From NCBI GenBank assembly GCA_035492595.1, contig DATJJA010000127.1, positions 32,838-96,837 on the forward strand: DNA of 64,000 nt, given 5' to 3'. Positions 58,845 through 64,000 of this stretch are shown in pieces. Each line of letters begins with the position of its first letter. Position 1 is the first letter of the stretch. The notes under the pieces are model-generated. The model did no database searches. It was not told the DNA's origin and saw only the letters and a list, made by a program, of their open reading frames with translations. The position numbers and the translations under genes are program-made. The DNA comes from Puia sp. Its GTDB lineage: Bacteria > Bacteroidota > Bacteroidia > Chitinophagales > Chitinophagaceae.

Positions 58845-59912
58845 TTATGCGTTGCGGTTGATGCAATTGAGGTCTTCAAAGGCTACCTCGAGGCGTTTGC
58901 TAAAACTTTCCTCGCCTTTGCGCAGCCATACCCGGGGGTCATAGTATTTTTTGTTTGGCTTTGCAGGTCCGTCGGGGTTGCCGAGCTGGCCCTGGAGATA
59001 CGCTTCGTTCTTGACATAATACTGCTGGATACCTTCCCAGAATGCCCATTGCAGATCGGTGTCGATATTCATTTTGATGGCGCCATAGCCGATGGCTTCC
59101 CGGATCTGATGCTGGGGGCTGCCACTGCCGCCGTGGAAGACGAAATAGACGGGTTTGGGACCTGTCTTAAAGGTCTTCTCGATATAATCCTGGCTGTTTT
59201 TGAGAATGATGGGGCGCAGCTCTACGTTGCCGGGGCTGTATACGCCATGTACATTGCCGAAGGCGGCTGCCACGCCAAAAAGCCTTCCGACCTTACTGAG
59301 CTCGGAATAGGCATGTGCCACGTCTTCTGGCTGGGTGTATAATTTATGATTTTCAACACCGCTGTTGTCGACGCCGTCCTCTTCACCGCCTGTGACGCCC
59401 AATTCGATCTCGATAGCCATGCCCAGGGGCTGCATGCGTTTGAAGAACTCTACGGAAGTATGGATGTTCTCTTCGAGAGGCTCTTCGGAAAGGTCGAGCA
59501 TGTGTGAGCTGAAGAGAGGTTGTTTCTTTTCTTTAAAGAATTGTTCACCGGCGTCGATGAGTCCGCTGACCCAGGGGAGCCATTTTTTTGCGGCGTGGTC
59601 CGTGTGCAGAATTACCGGAACGCCGTAGTATTTGGCAACATTGTGGACGTGGAGGGCTCCGGAGACCCCGCCGGAGATATTACCCTGGAGCTTATCGTTG
59701 GGCATTCCTTTTCCGGCGATGAACTGGGCGCCGCCATTGGAAAACTGGATAATAACGGGGGAATTTACTTTAGCTGCAGTTTCGAGAACGGCGTTGATCG
59801 TATTGGTTCCGATGGTATTGACAGCGGGCAGGGCGAACTGGTTGTCTTTAGCGTCGTTGTATAAGGCTTCCAATTCTTCGCCGAAGAGGACTCCTGCTTT
59901 GTATTTTTTCAT
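58845..59912 (-). CDS. fbaA: Class II fructose-bisphosphate aldolase
   Basis: HTDH; HMLDLS; GGEEDG; FGNVHGVY; FHGGSG; KKYYDPR. Confidence 0.95.
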   Translation of the reverse strand: MKKYKAGVLFGEELEALYNDAKDNQFALPAVNTIGTNTINAVLETAAKVNSPVIIQFSNGGAQFIAGKGMPNDKLQGNISGGVSGALHVHNVAKYYGVPVILHTDHAAKKWLPWVSGLIDAGEQFFKEKKQPLFSSHMLDLSEEPLEENIHTSVEFFKRMQPLGMAIEIELGVTGGEEDGVDNSGVENHKLYTQPEDVAHAYSELSKVGRLFGVAAAFGNVHGVYSPGNVELRPIILKNSQDYIEKTFKTGPKPVYFVFHGGSGSPQHQIREAIGYGAIKMNIDTDLQWAFWEGIQQYYVKNEAYLQGQLGNPDGPAKPNKKYYDPRVWLRKGEESFSKRLEVAFEDLNCINRNA

Positions 59913-59953
59913 GTTTACTGAGCTTTGAGGCCGCAAGATACGCCACGGGCGTA

Positions 59954-61063
59954 TTAATCTTCGAATTTGCTCAGGTTTTTTTGGAGGAGGGAAAGGTTCT
60001 TTTGCAGGGTTTGTTTTAGCTGTCTTTTTACTACCTGGCCCATCGAGCGGCATTTGAGGAAGGCGGGGTTTTTGAAATAACCGGCCAGTTCGGTCTTAAG
60101 CTGGGTGAGCTTTTCGGGACTGGAGATGGCATGATCCCGGGACATGATGTTGAGCAGCTCCATCAGGCGGAACCGGGAAGAGGCTACACGGAACGCCATC
60201 ATGGTCCTTTCCTCTGTCTGATATTGTTCGATCGAGTCTTTGTTCAGGTATTTAAGGCTGAGCTCGACGAGTGCTTTGTTCTCTTTAAAGAACTGGGGGA
60301 TGTAGAGATTTTTCCGGCCTTCGTAGGATTGCTGGTCAAAGTCGATGGCGCGGATCCGGTATTGGTAATCTTCTATGTCGGGGGTGATGTCGATGACAAA
60401 ATTGTAGGAACGCATGTCGCCCAGGAGGCGGACAAAACAACGTTCGTTGAACTTGACGAATTCTTTTGAAAAGCGGATCTTATTGGTTTGGGGGTCGTCG
60501 AGGAAATTCTTTATGAACAGGTCGCCGGGGATGCCGGGAATATGTTCTTCCACGAGGGTATTGTGATGTGTGAAATAGGTGATGCGATTGGGTGACAGGA
60601 GGTGTTCCAGCTCCAGTCCGTAAATACGTGAAGCATCGGCCTGTTTGATATAATAGTGATCATAGTTGTCGTTGAACTTATTTACGATACGGATGCGAAA
60701 GGGGTGGGAGTTGGCAAAGCTGCAGAAGTCTATCCGCGCTACGTCGAGGTGCTTCGTATAGCTGAGGTCGCCTTCTGTTTTGAGGATCGCATACATCTGG
60801 ACGAGCCCTTCGCGGATGAAGTCCCAGTGACGCATGTCATACAGGGCTGTTTCCCAAAGGGTATCCTGGCCGTTCTTGTCTTTTAAAGGGACGGAATAGG
60901 TGATATGCTGCAGCAGGTCGCGGTAGGACACGGGGAGCTTCACTTCCCGGCCATGATTTTTCAGGTAACTGCGTAAGGGGTCGGTGACGGGAAAAATGGG
61001 CTTTTTCCGGGAGGGTTTGTTGGACTCACCGGGTGAAAAAGAAAGCTGGTCGCTGAACTGCAT
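59954..61063 (-). CDS. Hypothetical protein with atypical kinase-like motifs
   Basis: YYIK, LVEEHIPG, LLGDMRSYN and AIDFD in kinase-like order. Confidence 0.6.
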   Translation of the reverse strand: MQFSDQLSFSPGESNKPSRKKPIFPVTDPLRSYLKNHGREVKLPVSYRDLLQHITYSVPLKDKNGQDTLWETALYDMRHWDFIREGLVQMYAILKTEGDLSYTKHLDVARIDFCSFANSHPFRIRIVNKFNDNYDHYYIKQADASRIYGLELEHLLSPNRITYFTHHNTLVEEHIPGIPGDLFIKNFLDDPQTNKIRFSKEFVKFNERCFVRLLGDMRSYNFVIDITPDIEDYQYRIRAIDFDQQSYEGRKNLYIPQFFKENKALVELSLKYLNKDSIEQYQTEERTMMAFRVASSRFRLMELLNIMSRDHAISSPEKLTQLKTELAGYFKNPAFLKCRSMGQVVKRQLKQTLQKNLSLLQKNLSKFED

Positions 61064-61087
61064 GGATCAAAGGTCGGATTTTTGGGG

Positions 61088-64000
61088 CTAATTTTTGTCT
61101 TCAGGGGCCGGGCTCTCCTTTTGGGATGAAGAGCCGGGCGCCGAAGTTCTGTCAAAAAGGGTGCTGAACTGGGCGGTCATAGAGACAAGGCAGGTAAGGA
61201 GACCGGTGAGTTTTTGGAACAGCGCATCCTGTGTAAAAAAGAGGAATAACCCGAATGCGGTGAAAAGGATCATCAGGGGCATTTTAAACGACAGCCATTC
61301 TCCTTTGTTCCTGCTTTTTCTCCAAAGCGCTACGACATCGGGGTCTTCTGCTTTTTCAAGCACGTATTCCCGGAAGCTCCTGGTTATGAAATTGAGCTGA
61401 CCGTTCTCACGGAATACCAGCAGGCCGTCTCTCAGGAGGCCATAGATGATATTACCTGTCCGGTAATTGGAGAAACCATCGCGGGACAGATCATAGAGGA
61501 TGAATTTTTTTTGCGGTGTCAGGGTTTTCCAGGTCTCGTCGAATCTTTTCTCAAAGTTGAGCCGGTTCTGCAGGATCTGTTCGGCATCGGAGGGAATGTT
61601 CTCCCGCAGTGCCTTTTCATTCTCCCGGATATCGGAAAACGGTGAGGCGGTAGAAATGCTGAGCTGGCCTGCCACCGGGCCCGCCAGCTGATGTCGGGAA
61701 TGGAGGCCATCGCTGAACATATCGACAAGAAAGATGCGGGTGGCCATCGCCATCGTCAGCTTATAAACGAGGAACAGCGCAAGTAGCTGGCCGCCAAAGA
61801 AAAGTAAAAAGAAGATTAGGCCGGCGGATCGGGTGGTGTTGTATATAAGCCTTATGGCAGACCATTTTGCTTCGTCGCCGGCTGCCAGCCGGAAGGGACC
61901 GGGATTGCGATGGTCGCCGGAAGATGCATACTGCAGCAGGATATGCGAGGTTCCATTCCTATCGCTGTCGGTTGGGTTTACCGCAAAGAATTTCCATGTC
62001 CCATCGGTGGCGGAGTCCGGTGGGATAGCTGATGCGAGGATGTTGGTGTCGCTTGAAAAGAACATCCGGTGAATATTACTGTACTGGGTAGTAAAGGGCA
62101 GGGAATGGCCGCTAAAGGCTCCGCTGGGGTAATAGATCCTGTCATCGTTGAGAAAATAGATCCCGTTATCGAATTTGAGGGAGGCAAGCGTTCTTTCGCT
62201 GCATGGGGTAGCGGTATCAGCGAACTTGTATGTCATCGCCGCGGTGTTGAGGTCCAGTCTTCGATTGTGGATGGCTCTGGCCTGCTCTATTCGTGAGCTG
62301 TTGCGCTGGATACTGCTCTCCTGTCTCATCAAGAGCCAGAAAATGCTGCAGCCTGGTATTATGCTTATGACGATCACGCCGGTGATAATAGCAATGGAAT
62401 AGAGCTGAAGGCAGCGGAGCTTATGAAGACGGTTATACAGTCGCCAATAGATCCTTCGGGGCAACTGGCAAAAATTGCGGATGCGCCGGTCAGCGGGTGT
62501 GATGAAATTCTGCAGAGAGTGGAACCAGTTGGGCAGCCCGGAAGGATGATAAACGATATAACGGCAAACGGAGGAAAGATAGATCCAGAAGAAGACGATC
62601 TGGGAGAGTAAAAAGATAATGGGAATCGCAGGCGCTGACGAAGCATCGTAACAGGAGAAGAGGAAAAGCAGGATAAGGATCAGGAATAAAAAGTGCAGGA
62701 GGGGAGCCAGCTGGCGGGCTGTCCGGTCTCTGCGCCGCCGTTTTTCCCTGAGGGTAAAATAATAAAATGCTGCATAAAAAGGGAGCGATACAGAGATATA
62801 AAAAAGGGCAAATTCGTATTTGTGCGGGGGGAGGGAGAGGATCAGCGCCATGATCAGCCAGGCGATGATCAGCCGTAACATACCGCGGATAAGATAGCGA
62901 TAATATTGTTTTTTACGGGGGATGGGTCTCAGCCATTCGAAATGTCGTGAAGGGAGCAGCAGAATCCCCGGTTTTTTACCAGTCCATTCGTTGATGACGG
63001 CGGACAGGATGATCAGCACGATGATACATAATGTGAAAAAGGCCGAGAGCCCGATGATATGGATCTGGAAATCGTCAGCGTTGGAAAGGTCGCTATAGGT
63101 TAGCAGCGTATAGGGCGTCGATGCAAGAGGAGTGATGTCCAGCGCCATTTGCCGGCCTCTGATGCCAAAGCGATGGAAATAGCGGTGGTCACGGAAATGA
63201 AGACATTCCTCGATGGTCGATGGATCTTCGCTTTCGTTGAGTATGTTGGAGACCAGGGCTCTTCCGGGTTTTGAGTCATACAGTACGGAGCCTGTTTCGT
63301 CTATGATGCTGAAGTTATAACCCGTGGGGAGAATGGTGCGGGTGACGGAGTACATTTGGGAGGAAAGTCCGATGGCAACGGGCTGGTCTTTATTCGCCGG
63401 GTGATCGCTTCTTATCGTTACCGTTATCGTGTATTCTCCATCCAGTCTTGAAAAGGTGGGCAGGATGGTGAAATCAGATGTATCCGTACCGTCCACCAGG
63501 GATAAGTAGCGTCCTTCCATAAGGTCTTTAAAATAGCCGCGATCGCTGACATCGATGAGAGGTGGCGGAGGTCCTTTTTTCCCGCTCCAGGTGCCGAGCC
63601 ATTTACCGGAAGAACCGATCCAGAAACCATAGTCGACATAGGGGTAGATCTTCGGGTAGAATTGATCGTCCACTCTGATACTGTCTTTTGAAAGAGAGTC
63701 CTGGCCGCGTATCGCTTTGAAAAGAACGGGGTCTTTGCCAGCGACCTGGAAGGTCTGATCCCACTGCTTGAGCTGCCGGTGGATCAGGCCGATCTCACCG
63801 ATGAATTTTGTTTGTATCGAATCGGACAGGACGCTGAGATTGTTCTGTGTGCTCACTGCCTGGGTCCGGTCGAGAAAAAGCCAGGAGAAAAGAAAAAAGC
63901 AGGTAAAGGCAATGGCAAAATAGGAGCCGATGATCAGCCGGATATTACCATCGTTGATCCTTTCACCGGAGCCGAGTATGAAGATCTTCAGGATGGGCAG
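61088..64000 (-). CDS. Large multi-pass membrane protein with Cache-like domain, 5' end beyond the window
   Basis: Frame stays open from 64000 (LPILKIF...); DVSDRGYFK and FSIIDETGSVLY Cache-type motifs; many TM helices. Confidence 0.7.
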   Translation of the reverse strand: MPILKIFILGSGERINDGNIRLIIGSYFAIAFTCFFLFSWLFLDRTQAVSTQNNLSVLSDSIQTKFIGEIGLIHRQLKQWDQTFQVAGKDPVLFKAIRGQDSLSKDSIRVDDQFYPKIYPYVDYGFWIGSSGKWLGTWSGKKGPPPPLIDVSDRGYFKDLMEGRYLSLVDGTDTSDFTILPTFSRLDGEYTITVTIRSDHPANKDQPVAIGLSSQMYSVTRTILPTGYNFSIIDETGSVLYDSKPGRALVSNILNESEDPSTIEECLHFRDHRYFHRFGIRGRQMALDITPLASTPYTLLTYSDLSNADDFQIHIIGLSAFFTLCIIVLIILSAVINEWTGKKPGILLLPSRHFEWLRPIPRKKQYYRYLIRGMLRLIIAWLIMALILSLPPHKYEFALFYISVSLPFYAAFYYFTLREKRRRRDRTARQLAPLLHFLFLILILLFLFSCYDASSAPAIPIIFLLSQIVFFWIYLSSVCRYIVYHPSGLPNWFHSLQNFITPADRRIRNFCQLPRRIYWRLYNRLHKLRCLQLYSIAIITGVIVISIIPGCSIFWLLMRQESSIQRNSSRIEQARAIHNRRLDLNTAAMTYKFADTATPCSERTLASLKFDNGIYFLNDDRIYYPSGAFSGHSLPFTTQYSNIHRMFFSSDTNILASAIPPDSATDGTWKFFAVNPTDSDRNGTSHILLQYASSGDHRNPGPFRLAAGDEAKWSAIRLIYNTTRSAGLIFFLLFFGGQLLALFLVYKLTMAMATRIFLVDMFSDGLHSRHQLAGPVAGQLSISTASPFSDIRENEKALRENIPSDAEQILQNRLNFEKRFDETWKTLTPQKKFILYDLSRDGFSNYRTGNIIYGLLRDGLLVFRENGQLNFITRSFREYVLEKAEDPDVVALWRKSRNKGEWLSFKMPLMILFTAFGLFLFFTQDALFQKLTGLLTCLVSMTAQFSTLFDRTSAPGSSSQKESPAPEDKN

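Overview
Bacteroidota DNA, most like Chitinophagaceae: SusC/SusD, FecR/ECF, a T9SS-type C-terminus, TAnnTTTG promoter motifs and a visibly G-rich + strand. It holds about 57 mostly housekeeping CDSs, including mpl, a dnaQ-like exonuclease, E2/lpdA, cinA, modABC, bshB1/ytxJ, aguAB, smc and fbaA/fbaB. I found no rRNA, tRNA, CRISPR array or transposase. Three things stand out. (1) An ECF sigma-FecR-SusC-SusD locus has no carbohydrate enzymes and converges on a coupled MauE-like membrane protein plus a small secreted four-cysteine peptide, a candidate peptide sensing or trafficking system. (2) Five co-oriented structured mini-elements share GNA/GTTA-loop hairpins, a GAYAT motif and a second hairpin; two lie between exact 40-47 bp duplications and one is inserted in-frame in a gene. 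(3) An unannotated protein with PI3K/HipA-like kinase motifs lies just downstream of a large Cache-type membrane protein with no visible output domain. All family calls come from motif recognition; no database search was run.
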